Positions 25,395 through 36,841 of a stretch of 64,000 nt of DNA are shown here, one piece after another. The notes under the pieces are model-generated. The model was not told the origin of the DNA. It saw only the letters and a list, made by a program, of their open reading frames with translations, and ran no database searches. A program made the translations under genes and the position numbers. The stretch is from a virus. Position 1 is the first letter of the stretch. Each line of letters opens with the position of its first letter. The stretch spans positions 1-64,000 of the IMG/VR virus record IMGVR_UViG_3300045970_000455; one strand, 5' to 3'.

Positions 25395-28300
25395 TTAGAT
25401 CTTATACTCCACAAATACCGTGCATGTTGCACCAGCTGTTCCTGCTGTGCTTGCTACTGTTGCAAATCCTTGTATAGCTGAACCTTCATCCACGTATGTA
25501 TCTGCAATATATAAACCAATAACCTGTGGATTATTTTCAGTATCTTTCATATACTTGTTTGTTGTGCCAGTAACACCTACCACAACTGTTGCTGCTGTGT
25601 CAGCTATTGTTACATTTATCCTTGTTCTTAATATTGTGCTACCTGCAGGGAATGTTGCTGGTAGATTTGTTACACCGTTTGTATTCAATGGCACTGTTAC
25701 TGTCATTGACTTGATAACATCGCCTGCCGCTATAACAGACGCAATCTGGTCATCAACATATTTCTTATTGGGGATTGCAAGATCGCCTGTGGTTACAACA
25801 TTAGCAGAATATGCTGCCGCTGATAAACCTGCTACAGTAAGCACATTGCTGGTTGCAGCGCCAAAAGAAACTACAATGTTACCGTTGGTGGTTGTAAGTG
25901 TTATTGCACCTGTTGTTGCAGCAACATCTAAACTTGTGGATCCTGTTATTGTGCGTGTAGAACCGTTTGCGGTAATACCGCCCACTACCAAACTTGTTCC
26001 GTTATAAGTTAGTGTGCTGGCAGATGCGATAGGGGAAGTTCCGTTACCATATAGTAACTGTGTTGCTGCAAAAGTTGCTGCGCCAGTACCGCCATTACCT
26101 ACCGGTAATGTTCCTGTTACATCAGTTGTTAAATCAACTTGGCTGAAACTAACTGTCGTACCGTTTGTTCTTAATACCCTGCTTGCAACTGCGCCAGATA
26201 CCCAACTTGCTACGCCTGTAGCACTTGTTACCAATGTAGATGTATTTGCTGTAGCTAACTTATTCCATGTATTGCCTGCTGCACCAACAAGTAAGTCTCC
26301 TACCGCTGTTGTAGCATAACCAGTACCGCCGTATGTAGCACCAACAGTGTTTAATGTTATTGCACCACTTGTTGCAGTAAACGATGTCGAGTTGAAACTT
26401 GCAACACCCTTTGTAGTGGTTGTTGCATTAGCTACGGTAATATCTACACCACCTGTACCTGTACCTGTTTGTGTTATTGTAGAAACACCTTGTGCTGCGT
26501 CACCTGTGATTGTTAGTTCTTCACCTAAGTTTAATACCTGTACCGTACCACTATCGCCACTAATGTGTATATGATTATTTACAATCATTGCATTAGTGAT
26601 GCCACCCGCCTTAACAAATAATCCTGCAGAACCCTGATCTAAACCGCCTGTTGCAGTAGTATCTAATAATAAATGTAATGCTGCTGCTGTTGTAGGGAAA
26701 CCACCACCTGCTACATCTCGTGATGTACCATTGGTAGTCAATATAATAGCGCCGGTGGTGGTGTTATATAAATCAACGCCAACTTCATCAGTTGGCAACT
26801 GTGCTATACCTGCACCTAAGTTAACATTAACTGTGTTTCCTGATATTATAAGTCCTGTACCCCATGTATATGCATTTGAGCCTGAAAACTGTACCCATGT
26901 AACATCTGATGTACCAACAGTTACAACAGCCAGAGTTTCTGTCCATCCTGTGTCATGCGCCGCTGTGCCATTTGACACAAATATCGATGCATTTTGAAAC
27001 TCTGATATTTGATCTTGGTCTGTTGCACGAGTTAATATCCAGTTTGTAGATGTGCTACCAATACTTGTTACTGTGTAAATACCATTCTGTGCTAAGGTAC
27101 CCTGATTCTTAACCAACACTCTGTTACCGACTGATAGTGTTACACCATCTATAACGAAAGTTAATGTTTGGGCACCTGCATTTGTTAATGTTGCCCCTAC
27201 ACCTGCTGTTCCATTGGCATATGTTGCTGTTAATGCCACATCGGTAGCTGCTGCAACTGCGTTTTTCCATGTTAATCCTGCCGCAACGGAATCAACATAT
27301 GCCTTATTCGCTGCATCTGTATCTGCTGTAGGCGTCGGTAATCCTTTTACAGTTCCTGTACCTGCGAATGTCAACGATGCATTTGTTGACATTGTGTCGC
27401 CGGATACATTTACATATGTTGCATCAACTAACCCTGTTATGTCTGCTGTTGCTACTGCTACCGAATTTGTTACGCGACCATATGTATCTGTTGTTATCTT
27501 GACAAAAGACCCACCATTGCCCGGATTTGTAACAGTTGCTAAATCAATGGTAGTGCTTGCCGCTACACCCGATCCATTGCTGACAGAAATATTACCTGCT
27601 GTTCCTGCAATGGAGCCTGTCTGCCATGTTCCGTCACCTGTACGAATAGCATAACCTGTTGTTGATAAACCTTCTAACCCTGCTAAGTCATTAGCAAGTG
27701 CCAGTGTAGGAGCGCCTGCAACACCGTCACCATTTGATATTGTAATACCTGCTGCTGGTGCAGTAATAGTCACAGAAGTATATGTGTCATTGCCTGTCTG
27801 AACTAATATACCCGTTGTTGTCTTTATTGCCAACGCTGCTAAACCAGCATCATACCCCTGAACACCAGATGTTGCACCCGGTGCACCTGTTACCCAGTTT
27901 GTGCCATTCGAGTATATAACATTACCTGTCGTACCCGGTGCAAGCAATTCTTCAAGCGTATTATGTCCGTCAACATAGGTAGCCAAGTTGTTTAATGCTA
28001 CAGTTAAGTCTGCCGGAGTTGTTCCGTATATTGTGGTATTTGTTAGTGCTGTATTATTCCATACACCTACGTTGCTTACCATAGAACCGAGCGATGTTTC
28101 TATAGCGTTTACTTCATTTTGTAATGCGGTGGCATCTCCACCTGTTGCCACCGTCATCCATGTTGTGCCATTATAAAATTCTAGGGTAGTTGTTGCAGGA
28201 GCATCGTTATTAAGGCGCACCATACCCGTGCTTGCTGATGGGCGTGCGGCTGTATTGCCTGTTGGCAGTAATACCGCTGCTGATCCTGAAATTTGTGGTA

Positions 28301-28562
28301 CATTGGCTGCGAAAAGCTGTAATACATCTGTACCGCCTATTGTGGCTTTAGCGCCTGCTGCCGTAAGAACTAGATTACCTGTTGTTAAAGCTACATTACC
28401 AGAGGATGATATAATACCTGCTGCGGTTAATGCTGCGTCAGTTGAACCATCAACTGCCTTTAAGTTAAATGTGCCGGTGGTATGTTTTAATCTGGGACCT
28501 GCCTTACCTAGTTGTAGATCCGGTGATACCCCATATAAACCATAGTTGTATGTATTTGCCAT
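25395..28562 (-). CDS. Large virion structural / tail-fibre protein
   Basis: Thr/Gly/Ala-rich; DAANKAYVD, RVLVKNQ...QNGIY, LPVGNGGTG motifs; ATAAATA upstream. Confidence 0.8.
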   Translation of the reverse strand: MANTYNYGLYGVSPDLQLGKAGPRLKHTTGTFNLKAVDGSTDAALTAAGIISSSGNVALTTGNLVLTAAGAKATIGGTDVLQLFAANVPQISGSAAVLLPTGNTAARPSASTGMVRLNNDAPATTTLEFYNGTTWMTVATGGDATALQNEVNAIETSLGSMVSNVGVWNNTALTNTTIYGTTPADLTVALNNLATYVDGHNTLEELLAPGTTGNVIYSNGTNWVTGAPGATSGVQGYDAGLAALAIKTTTGILVQTGNDTYTSVTITAPAAGITISNGDGVAGAPTLALANDLAGLEGLSTTGYAIRTGDGTWQTGSIAGTAGNISVSNGSGVAASTTIDLATVTNPGNGGSFVKITTDTYGRVTNSVAVATADITGLVDATYVNVSGDTMSTNASLTFAGTGTVKGLPTPTADTDAANKAYVDSVAAGLTWKNAVAAATDVALTATYANGTAGVGATLTNAGAQTLTFVIDGVTLSVGNRVLVKNQGTLAQNGIYTVTSIGSTSTNWILTRATDQDQISEFQNASIFVSNGTAAHDTGWTETLAVVTVGTSDVTWVQFSGSNAYTWGTGLIISGNTVNVNLGAGIAQLPTDEVGVDLYNTTTGAIILTTNGTSRDVAGGGFPTTAAALHLLLDTTATGGLDQGSAGLFVKAGGITNAMIVNNHIHISGDSGTVQVLNLGEELTITGDAAQGVSTITQTGTGTGGVDITVANATTTTKGVASFNSTSFTATSGAITLNTVGATYGGTGYATTAVGDLLVGAAGNTWNKLATANTSTLVTSATGVASWVSGAVASRVLRTNGTTVSFSQVDLTTDVTGTLPVGNGGTGAATFAATQLLYGNGTSPIASASTLTYNGTSLVVGGITANGSTRTITGSTSLDVAATTGAITLTTTNGNIVVSFGAATSNVLTVAGLSAAAYSANVVTTGDLAIPNKKYVDDQIASVIAAGDVIKSMTVTVPLNTNGVTNLPATFPAGSTILRTRINVTIADTAATVVVGVTGTTNKYMKDTENNPQVIGLYIADTYVDEGSAIQGFATVASTAGTAGATCTVFVEYKI

Positions 28563-28633
28563 AATATCCTCTTATTAATATACAGTGTCGTATAGAATTT
28601 TATATACACTATTTATCGAAAAATCGGAATTAT

Positions 28634-29962
28634 TTAAACATATGTTAATGTGATGATAGCCTCTCCTTGAGTGGCTCCGTCTGGTGTGAAGTATGCATTT
28701 ATGTTTGTGTCTATGCCTGTATTATACAAATGATCAGATGTGGTAGCATAAGTGCCCAGGACTCCAAGGTTTATTAATCCATCTGGCATTAATCTATCAT
28801 TTACTGTATCGTCGCCAATATTTATGATAGGAGTACCGTCAAAAATAGTAGTGACTGATATAGTTATTAATGTTACTCTTCTTCCGGTACTAAGAGTGCT
28901 TATTAGTGCCGGAGATGTAGTGGTATGCAGCACTGTTAGTTCTGCGCTATACGCATCTGCCTGTGATGAATCCTTATTAGTAGTTTCTACCCATGTATCG
29001 GATACCCAGATATACATGGCCCACTCGCCGTTACCATTATCTATGATATACGCCATAGATCCGGCGGTGGAAGTTAATGGCCTTGATGCTAAGTTCGGAT
29101 ATATACCAACAGCAGGAGTAGATCCGCCGCCACCGCTTACACTACCAGTAAGTTGCATACCAGTGGTGTTGTTTAACTTTATGTATGCTGTTTGCGACGA
29201 CTGGGATAATGTAAGATGTCCCGGGCTGCTATCATCATGATAAATGATATCGCCGGGTACTCCGGGTAATGATGGAGCAATGCCTTCTATTATGTGATTG
29301 GCAGGAGTTATTAAAAATGTGTCAGGTGAATCAGATACATCGCATACTCTACCAATAGGTTGTCTACCGAAATATGTTAGTTGATACTGCCCTGTGCCAG
29401 GATCTATACATATTTCGTCGCCCACTATAAATCCGTGAGCTACTTTATTTAATCTATACCTAAAGGTTGGATTATTGATTCTAAATCGAGATATTAAGTC
29501 AATGCTAAAGTTTCCATCTACAAATGCGCTAGTGCTGACAGGTAATATAATAGGTAATCCATCGTCGCCCAAGGCAAATATATAACAGTCCCCTTCACCC
29601 ATTATGCCTTGCCCGTATCCGTCTATATCATAAAACGTGTTAAACCGTTCTACGTCTTCCAGTATCAGGGTAGCAGCGTATCTTGTCTGAGATACAATAG
29701 ATTTTATTTGAACTGCTCTTGTTGGGACTCCGCCAGCTAACCATAGTCCGGGTCTTAAATCTAATCCGTCATACGAGTATGGTGTAGTTGTGTATTGAGA
29801 TGAGTGATCTTGTGCAAGTATAACAAGATCAGCCTGCCATGTATAGAATGCACCATTGTTGTACCAATAACTGCCGTCATTGTACGGCCAGGTACTTACC
29901 CCGACTATATTAGACAGGGCGGCCTGTATAAATATGTTTGGTAGTTTATTTGAAAATGACAT
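28634..29962 (-). CDS. Putative virion structural protein
   Basis: Late cluster; C-terminal domain resembles that of 25395-28562. Confidence 0.65.
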   Translation of the reverse strand: MSFSNKLPNIFIQAALSNIVGVSTWPYNDGSYWYNNGAFYTWQADLVILAQDHSSQYTTTPYSYDGLDLRPGLWLAGGVPTRAVQIKSIVSQTRYAATLILEDVERFNTFYDIDGYGQGIMGEGDCYIFALGDDGLPIILPVSTSAFVDGNFSIDLISRFRINNPTFRYRLNKVAHGFIVGDEICIDPGTGQYQLTYFGRQPIGRVCDVSDSPDTFLITPANHIIEGIAPSLPGVPGDIIYHDDSSPGHLTLSQSSQTAYIKLNNTTGMQLTGSVSGGGGSTPAVGIYPNLASRPLTSTAGSMAYIIDNGNGEWAMYIWVSDTWVETTNKDSSQADAYSAELTVLHTTTSPALISTLSTGRRVTLITISVTTIFDGTPIINIGDDTVNDRLMPDGLINLGVLGTYATTSDHLYNTGIDTNINAYFTPDGATQGEAIITLTYV

Positions 29963-31372
29963 TTATACTTCTATAAAAGATCCCAGAAAATAGAAATGAG
30001 GACTAGCGGAGTTTGTTGCTCCAGTTGCAGTCTGTGTTACACCAGTTGCTGTTATGCTACTATTTGTTCCATTGTATGTATTTCTAAATGTAGATGTTCC
30101 CGGTGGAACCTTATATACATAAGTGCCTGTCGTATCAGTATTATCCCATCCCTGGAATGAATAACTAGAAAACAATACCAACTTTCCGTTTATTGTAAAT
30201 GTTATAGTTGTTGCGCTTGTGTTAACAGACCATCCCACAGGTGGTGTACCAACCGGTACCCATACCCCACTCCAGTTAAATCTCATAGCAAAGTTAATGC
30301 TTGTAGAAGTTAATGTGATACCTCCTGCACTATTTGTTATAGTCATCCCTGTTCCAGCAGTAAGTGTAGATCTTGTAAATCCTGTCCCATTGCCGATATC
30401 TATTTGCCCCGGTGCCGGATTAGAACCTATACCAGTACCACCATTCGAAACACCTAATACTCCGGCTAATGTAATAGTGCCTGAAGTTGTTATAGGTCCG
30501 CCCGATGTAGTAAGGCCGGTTGTTCCACCACTTACATTAAGACTCGAAATTCCTGTAGTTGGTGTCATCCATGCTACGTTGCCGAGGGTGTCACTACCGT
30601 TTGATGTTAATACTTTCCCTGCATTGCCTATTTGAGAAGGTAAAACAAGTTCCCATGATGCAACAAAGCCGTTAGACGTTAATACCTTGTAATGATTATT
30701 TGTTTGCGAAGGTAATAAGTTCGTTAACGCTTGTACTGAATCACCAGAACCTGTTCCACCGTGTGACACACTAAGTATTCCACCCAGAGTTAATGTGCCG
30801 GTTTGATTAAAGGGTCCACCTGTTAGTGATAGTCCTGTTGTCCCACCGCTTCCATCAACACTCGTTACCGTGCCTGTTCCGTAAATCAATGGCACATTTA
30901 TTAAATCACCGTAATCACCTGTTGTTGCAACCGAGGCTAGGCCCGTAATGCTAGAGACTGGTATAGAGGGAGAATAGACCAACTGTGTGCCAGTTGAATT
31001 CCATAGAACATAACCGCTCGGGAGCGATGGCTTCGCTGTATCACTTAAACCGGCAAAACTAAAACTACTGCTTGACGGCTTGTGCAGTAGAGTATTATAG
31101 TCTGTGTATGTGTTTTCCCACAGACTAGAGAACGAGTTGTATACCAGTGCTTGTCCGTGATTTGCACTGGTAAGATTGATTGGGCTTATATTTACATCAA
31201 GTAGTTGATCAAGTCTGGTAACACCCGTGCCACCACCGCCGCCCACTATTTCTGTATTAATAAATGCTTTTCTGATTACATCATAAACAAGAGACTGACC
31301 ATCCTTTAAGTTCTTAATAAGAAAGGTAGGTGCATACTGTGTTAATATGGTATTATTGCCTACTATTGACAT
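29963..31372 (-). CDS. Putative tail-fibre / structural protein
   Basis: LLDVNI, GQALVY, SGGTTGL..GGP, LPSQ.GN.GKVLTSNG repeats. Confidence 0.7.
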   Translation of the reverse strand: MSIVGNNTILTQYAPTFLIKNLKDGQSLVYDVIRKAFINTEIVGGGGGTGVTRLDQLLDVNISPINLTSANHGQALVYNSFSSLWENTYTDYNTLLHKPSSSSFSFAGLSDTAKPSLPSGYVLWNSTGTQLVYSPSIPVSSITGLASVATTGDYGDLINVPLIYGTGTVTSVDGSGGTTGLSLTGGPFNQTGTLTLGGILSVSHGGTGSGDSVQALTNLLPSQTNNHYKVLTSNGFVASWELVLPSQIGNAGKVLTSNGSDTLGNVAWMTPTTGISSLNVSGGTTGLTTSGGPITTSGTITLAGVLGVSNGGTGIGSNPAPGQIDIGNGTGFTRSTLTAGTGMTITNSAGGITLTSTSINFAMRFNWSGVWVPVGTPPVGWSVNTSATTITFTINGKLVLFSSYSFQGWDNTDTTGTYVYKVPPGTSTFRNTYNGTNSSITATGVTQTATGATNSASPHFYFLGSFIEV

Positions 31373-31383
31373 TTATGTAATCC

Positions 31384-31821
31384 TTATAAACTCAATAGAA
31401 CTGAATCAACTTGGCCCCATTGCCAGTTTTGCCATTGGGTGGTTGTATCGATTGCCTGTATATAATCACGTGTAAGTACCGCACGTAGATATACAAAGTT
31501 TCCAATAAACGTTACTGCTGTAGATCCTGTGTCGCCACCGTTTGAACCAGTGGGGTCAAGTGCGTTTACGGGGAATGTTAGAAACTGAGTATTTGTTGCG
31601 CCGGTAGGATTTAAACTTATCCAAAACCAATCTTCTGGTTGAGGGACTAACGCCAGTGTTCCCTGTATTCCTACACCGCCAACAAGATTTTGATAAATCA
31701 GCTGAACTGTTGCCAATCCATCTGTATATCCATAGTATGCATTTCCGCGTATAGGATCGCCTACAACATTCCATTTAGTGCCCGTGTTCGGCATCATATT
31801 TACACTTTTTCGAATTGCCAT
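31384..31821 (-). CDS. Putative virion structural protein
   Basis: Beta-rich, FIGNFVYLRA; ATAAATA upstream. Confidence 0.65.
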   Translation of the reverse strand: MAIRKSVNMMPNTGTKWNVVGDPIRGNAYYGYTDGLATVQLIYQNLVGGVGIQGTLALVPQPEDWFWISLNPTGATNTQFLTFPVNALDPTGSNGGDTGSTAVTFIGNFVYLRAVLTRDYIQAIDTTTQWQNWQWGQVDSVLLSL

Positions 31822-31901
31822 GTTAATCCTTCTGTATTTTAAGTATTTATCAAATAATAATCAGATTTAATATGGTATGGAATACCTAAATACGAGCCAA
31901 A

Positions 31902-31927
31902 AATAAAGGGGCATAAGCCCCTTTATT
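31902..31927 (-). terminator. Terminator after clpA
   Basis: AATAAAGGGG-CATAAG-CCCCTTTATT. Confidence 0.75.
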
Positions 31928-34139
31928 AGTTTAGCATATCTATGTTTTCTTGTATGCGTTCAGATACGATAACAGATATATCATCGTCTACAACGGACAC
32001 AACAACATGGCCGCCGTCTTTTAGTTTACCGAACAAGATTTCTTTCGATAGCGGTTTCTTGAGTTTTGTTTCAGCAAGCCTCTCAAACGGTCTTGCACCC
32101 ATTAGTGGATCTAGTCCGTTTGTTGCTAACCAATCACGCGCCTCAGATGTTACGTTAATAGTGATGTTTCTAGGTTCCAACATCAGCTCTGTCTTTTCTA
32201 TCTCTGAGTTAACAATAAGCCGCATTTCAGGAAGGCCTAACTTGTTAAACTTAATAGTGGCATCTAACCTATTTCTAAACTCGGGTGTGAACAGTCTCTT
32301 TAACTCTACATCCACCGCACCACTGTTGTCTTGGTTACCAAAGCCTATGCGCTTTCTTTCTGCATCTGCTGCACCTGCGTTGGCTGACATAATCAATATA
32401 ACATTTGAAAAGTCTACCGTTTTACCTTTGCTTGACGTTAGCCTGCCCGCATCCATAACCTGCAATAATACAGAGAATATATCGGGTGATGCTTTTTCTA
32501 TTTCATCTAACAACAATACGCAGTTAGGATGAGCATCAATTTCTGCAATAAGTTGCCCTTCTCCCATCTTACCTTCGCCGTGGCCTACATAACCGGGAGG
32601 CGCACCTATTAGTTTGGAAATAGTGTGTTTTTCCATGTATTCCGACATGTCAAACCGCACTAGCTTAACACCGAGCAGTTCTGCCAACTTCTGTGCTGCA
32701 AAAGTTTTACCGCTACCTGTTGGTCCCGTAAATAAGAAACTACCAATCGGCTTGACAGGGTTTCGTAAACCTGCTTTTGCCATGTAGATTGCTTCAGTTA
32801 ATGCTTCGATTGCCGCATCCTGACCATACACCTTGTTCTTAAGTTTTGGTTCTAAGTTAGCAAGTTCGTCATTTGCCTTTATGTCAATCATATCTTCGGG
32901 CATGTGAGCAATCTTTGCTGCTTGCTTAAGAATATGCTGTAATGTTACGGTAGGAGATTCTTCTAACTTAGCAACTGCACCAGCAGCATCCATAATATCG
33001 ATTGCCTTATCTGGGAAGAACTTAGTTTTCAGATACCTATCTGCTAAATCTACACAAAGATCGGTGGTGCCTACGTCATACGAAATCTTGTGAAACTTCT
33101 CATAGTGTTTCTGTAATCCGCTCAGGATAAGTTTAGTTTCTGCAGCGGTGGGTTGATTAATGTCATACTTCTGGAATCTACGCAGCAGAGCCTTGTCCTT
33201 TTCAAAGTGTTCATGAAACTCGTCGTACGTGGTTGCACCAACGCACATTAACTGCCCCTTGGCAAGCATAGGCTTTAGTAAGTTGCCGGCATCCATTGTG
33301 CCGCCACTACCTGCACCAGCGCCCAATATCATGTGAATCTCGTCGATAAACATAATACAGTTGCCTAGCTTTTTAACTTCTTCGAGCACACCTTTAAGTC
33401 GCTCTTCGAAATCACCTCTAAACTTAGTCCCTGCCAAAAGTGCGCCAATGTCTAAACTGTACACCACTTTATCGTGCAATGCTTTTGGCACTTCTTTATT
33501 GACAATCTTTAATGCCAATCCTTCTGCAAGTGCTGTCTTACCTACACCTGGTTCACCCACATACACAACATTGTTTTTCTTGCGTCTTGCTAAAATCTCA
33601 ATCGTATCTGCTACTTCTTTTGCCCTGCCAATCACGGGATCGATTGTTCCGTCTGTAGCTTCTTTATTTAAGTTCAGTGCGTATAGTGATAGCGGGCTTT
33701 CGTTTGCTGCTGGCTTGTCGCCTGTCTTTCTTAGATGTGCAATGATCTTTTCTCTTGTTACGCCGTGCTTTGCAAGAAAGTAATGAGAGTGACTTGTTTC
33801 TTCACTCAGAATGCTGAGTAAAACTGCTTCACTTGTTAGTTCTGTTCTGCCGCTAAACATTAACTGAGTTAATGCCCTTTGCATTGTGCGCTGAACAACA
33901 CTTGTTCTTTTTGCAGGAACATCTTTCAGTGTGTCTGGCTTCTTAAGTGCAGGGTCACCTAAGAATGTAATGACATCTGTTTTGATTTTTGCGGGCTGGG
34001 AACCAACTGCTACGATCAGTTCGTTTACATCTTTTTCGTGTAACAATGATAACAGAATGTGTTCCACTGTTATATATTCGTGGTTGTTATCGTTAGCAAT
34101 ACCGACTGCACGCGAAAACATCTTATCTACTTTACTCAT
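31926..34139 (-). CDS. clpA: ATP-dependent Clp protease ATPase subunit ClpA
   Basis: HEYITVEH N-domain, GEPGVGKT, GPTGSGKT, GAPPGYVG, RIGF loop; no ClpB middle domain. Confidence 0.92.
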   Translation of the reverse strand: MSKVDKMFSRAVGIANDNNHEYITVEHILLSLLHEKDVNELIVAVGSQPAKIKTDVITFLGDPALKKPDTLKDVPAKRTSVVQRTMQRALTQLMFSGRTELTSEAVLLSILSEETSHSHYFLAKHGVTREKIIAHLRKTGDKPAANESPLSLYALNLNKEATDGTIDPVIGRAKEVADTIEILARRKKNNVVYVGEPGVGKTALAEGLALKIVNKEVPKALHDKVVYSLDIGALLAGTKFRGDFEERLKGVLEEVKKLGNCIMFIDEIHMILGAGAGSGGTMDAGNLLKPMLAKGQLMCVGATTYDEFHEHFEKDKALLRRFQKYDINQPTAAETKLILSGLQKHYEKFHKISYDVGTTDLCVDLADRYLKTKFFPDKAIDIMDAAGAVAKLEESPTVTLQHILKQAAKIAHMPEDMIDIKANDELANLEPKLKNKVYGQDAAIEALTEAIYMAKAGLRNPVKPIGSFLFTGPTGSGKTFAAQKLAELLGVKLVRFDMSEYMEKHTISKLIGAPPGYVGHGEGKMGEGQLIAEIDAHPNCVLLLDEIEKASPDIFSVLLQVMDAGRLTSSKGKTVDFSNVILIMSANAGAADAERKRIGFGNQDNSGAVDVELKRLFTPEFRNRLDATIKFNKLGLPEMRLIVNSEIEKTELMLEPRNITINVTSEARDWLATNGLDPLMGARPFERLAETKLKKPLSKEILFGKLKDGGHVVVSVVDDDISVIVSERIQENIDMLN

Positions 34140-34146
34140 GATATCC

Positions 34147-34962
34147 TTAAATGTTAAATATATCTCTATGCGGCAATGTCTTTAATAATGCCAGCTGTTC
34201 TTCTTTAAGATCCCGCGGTGTTGTGATTGTAATCCGTATTAGCAAATCACCTAACCTATCTGTCTCGGGATTCTTCATACCTTTTCCAGCGAGTCTAACA
34301 ATCTGTCCATTCTGAATACCCGCCGGTATAGTAAACTGTAGTATAGCACGATCTAAGTGTGTAATCATAGCATTCACGCTCAGTATGGCCTCGATAGAAC
34401 TTATCTCTACATCTACTAGTAAATCGTCGTTTGATCTCTTAAACTTAGTGTGAGGTTGAACCTCGATAATATACAATGCCGAATCAATAACAAACTTCGT
34501 ACCTGATCGAATACCTGCAGGTAGATTAATAGTTTGGTCTGACGGTAGTTTAATCTGTTTGCCAACATACGCATCTTCTAAAGATATTGTTATTAAATGC
34601 CGCGGCTGTTGTCTTGGTTGATATTGATGCCCGAATATCTCACCGAATGGTGAATTTCCCCTAGAAAATATACTAGCGAATATGTCGTTGATATCCCCGG
34701 CAGGATTCACGCCTTGTGACCATTGCGGTTGTTGCGATGGGTCTTGGTGGCCGAACTGATCGTAGCGTGCTCTCTTTGCTGGATCGCTAAGACAATCATT
34801 GGCTTCATTGAGTTCTTTGAACTTTGCCTCTGCTGCTACTTTGGCATCACCTGTATGTCTATCAGGGTGATGTTGCATGGCTGATTTCCGATATGCTTTT
34901 TTTATATCATCGGCTGTGGCAGTCTTCTCTACGCCGAGGACTGCATAATAGTCTTGTTTCAT
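34147..34962 (-). CDS. DnaJ/CbpA-type co-chaperone
   Basis: J-domain with HPD; C-terminal domain; no Zn finger. Confidence 0.9.
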   Translation of the reverse strand: MKQDYYAVLGVEKTATADDIKKAYRKSAMQHHPDRHTGDAKVAAEAKFKELNEANDCLSDPAKRARYDQFGHQDPSQQPQWSQGVNPAGDINDIFASIFSRGNSPFGEIFGHQYQPRQQPRHLITISLEDAYVGKQIKLPSDQTINLPAGIRSGTKFVIDSALYIIEVQPHTKFKRSNDDLLVDVEISSIEAILSVNAMITHLDRAILQFTIPAGIQNGQIVRLAGKGMKNPETDRLGDLLIRITITTPRDLKEEQLALLKTLPHRDIFNI

Positions 34963-35073
34963 TATATTACTTTTTTCCGTAAAAGAGTTTACACCAAAAG
35001 TGCTCTATCCACGAAAATATTACTACGAAGGGGAATATAAAGATTAGATAGAGTATATCTAACAGTATATTCA

Positions 35074-35289
35074 TTAAAATCTGTAAATAATTCTACCGAG
35101 ATTTAAGTCGTACACGCTCATCTCGACTTCAACCAAATCGTCTAGGATGATATGAATATTGTTCTTTCTAATCTTACCGCTAACTACAGCATTCATTGTA
35201 TGCCCGCTGTCTAGCTTCACTTTAAATCTTGCGCCAGGGCTCGCATCAGTAACACGTCCTTTAACAACAATAGTATCATCTTTAGCCAA
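35074..35289 (-). CDS. infA: Translation initiation factor IF-1
   Basis: MAKDD, SGKIRKNNIHI, YDLNLGRIIYR. Confidence 0.93.
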   Translation of the reverse strand: MAKDDTIVVKGRVTDASPGARFKVKLDSGHTMNAVVSGKIRKNNIHIILDDLVEVEMSVYDLNLGRIIYRF

Positions 35290-35293
35290 TTTA

Positions 35294-36052
35294 TTATCCT
35301 TTATATTTAATTTCTGTATCTCGAAGTAACATTATTGTTCCGTCGGATTGCCTACTTACACATAGAAAACTATCTATAGGTAGCACATCATAGTTCCCTA
35401 ACATTCCATTAAGAATAGTTGCTTCGATAGGTTTATCAAATAACCTAAACGCCGATTCAGCCAAGAAGTTTCTATTTATAACTGCATCGTATTCACCGAC
35501 ATCAACTACCTCGGCAACCATTTGTCTACTACCTGTGCCTAGTATAACATTGTTGTTGTCAAAAGTCAAGTAAAGTAAATGTGAATCCTGTAAAAATTCA
35601 GAGATTTCTTCTTTCTTAGAGGTCTTCATAAATTCGTCCTTTGTTGTATAATCAGCCGGGTTAGATGCCACAAAATCAAATAGCATAGGATCAGATAAAT
35701 CAAACTCACGTGAGTCAGATAGATATGTCCTTACCTTCCACTTCAACTTTCCCGAAACATTTTCTATGTCTTTTACAAGTGCTACAAACTTATCAGGAAA
35801 TGTTTTATCTCTTTTTAGTTCCACAAATACAAGATAGTTACCGTCCTTGTCTGTGTTAGGACTTACTTCGGCGTCGAGTATGTTAATGTAGCTTCGTTGA
35901 ATAAAGGTGTTTAAATCTTCAGCAGGATCTTTATCTAACAAATAGAATGCCACAACAATAACATCTTCTTCTTTACCTGCCTTTGGTTCAAACTCATCTA
36001 TAGACACCACGGGTAATATCATTTTTACCAAATCTTCGTTTTTTAAGCTCAT
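35294..36052 (-). CDS. Hypothetical protein
   Basis: 252-aa ORF. Confidence 0.7.
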   Translation of the reverse strand: MSLKNEDLVKMILPVVSIDEFEPKAGKEEDVIVVAFYLLDKDPAEDLNTFIQRSYINILDAEVSPNTDKDGNYLVFVELKRDKTFPDKFVALVKDIENVSGKLKWKVRTYLSDSREFDLSDPMLFDFVASNPADYTTKDEFMKTSKKEEISEFLQDSHLLYLTFDNNNVILGTGSRQMVAEVVDVGEYDAVINRNFLAESAFRLFDKPIEATILNGMLGNYDVLPIDSFLCVSRQSDGTIMLLRDTEIKYKG

Positions 36053-36642
36053 ACACCGCCCTGCTGTTGTTCATCGCCTGGTTGGGCGGCCATATCGGGC
36101 GGTTGACCGCCCATATCGCCTGTACCGTCATCCACTGCTGCATTTGGATCTTCTGCAGGAACTTCATCATATGCACCTGCTAACTCTTCATTTGTATCTT
36201 CTATATCTTGCTGAATAATGTCGTCTATATTTTCAAGGCCGCCCTTTATATACCGTATAGGCATGTCTATAGTAACAAGCCACACATCGTGGTCTGCCAT
36301 CTTTGCTTTTTTAGATTGTATATCTGACCAATCTTCAGGACCACGCACCTTAACAGGTTTGCTGAATGTGCCTTTTCTAAAGTTAACAAGAGCACCTAAC
36401 TTTGTTAATCTTAGTCCTGCCTTTGGGTCAGGCATCATAGAATAAGGATACATAAACGTCACCTTAAACCAATACCTGCTAATGATAGGACCTTCAACTA
36501 TTTCGCCTAGTATCCAGTTTTTATATGCAAATAACTCTGCATTATCTAACGTCCGTTCAAACTCAATAAGCATATCAAGTATGCCTTCACCCTTGGATAT
36601 TCCTACCAAAGTGGATTTTATTGTATCAAGATCTGTAGCCAT
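36049..36642 (-). CDS. Hypothetical protein with acidic tail
   Basis: 197-aa ORF; ATAAATA upstream. Confidence 0.7.
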   Translation of the reverse strand: MATDLDTIKSTLVGISKGEGILDMLIEFERTLDNAELFAYKNWILGEIVEGPIISRYWFKVTFMYPYSMMPDPKAGLRLTKLGALVNFRKGTFSKPVKVRGPEDWSDIQSKKAKMADHDVWLVTIDMPIRYIKGGLENIDDIIQQDIEDTNEELAGAYDEVPAEDPNAAVDDGTGDMGGQPPDMAAQPGDEQQQGGV

Positions 36643-36841
36643 TTCTGTCCTCGTTTTTAGTATTTATCATATTTTATTCAGTTGCGTATTATTGTTGTTT
36701 TTATTTTTTATTTAGGAATTTGCATAAATACTATTACATGACATCAATACAAATTATAGATGCATTTCACACTATCGATATTATTCTTATATCGATACTA
36801 TCCGTTCGTTCTAAAATTATTAACTATTTGGAGTACTCACT

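Noticed and set aside
25420-33783. Long plus-strand ORFs antisense to structural genes and clpA
   Set aside because: Shadow frames of well-supported genes, without SD sequences or recognisable motifs.
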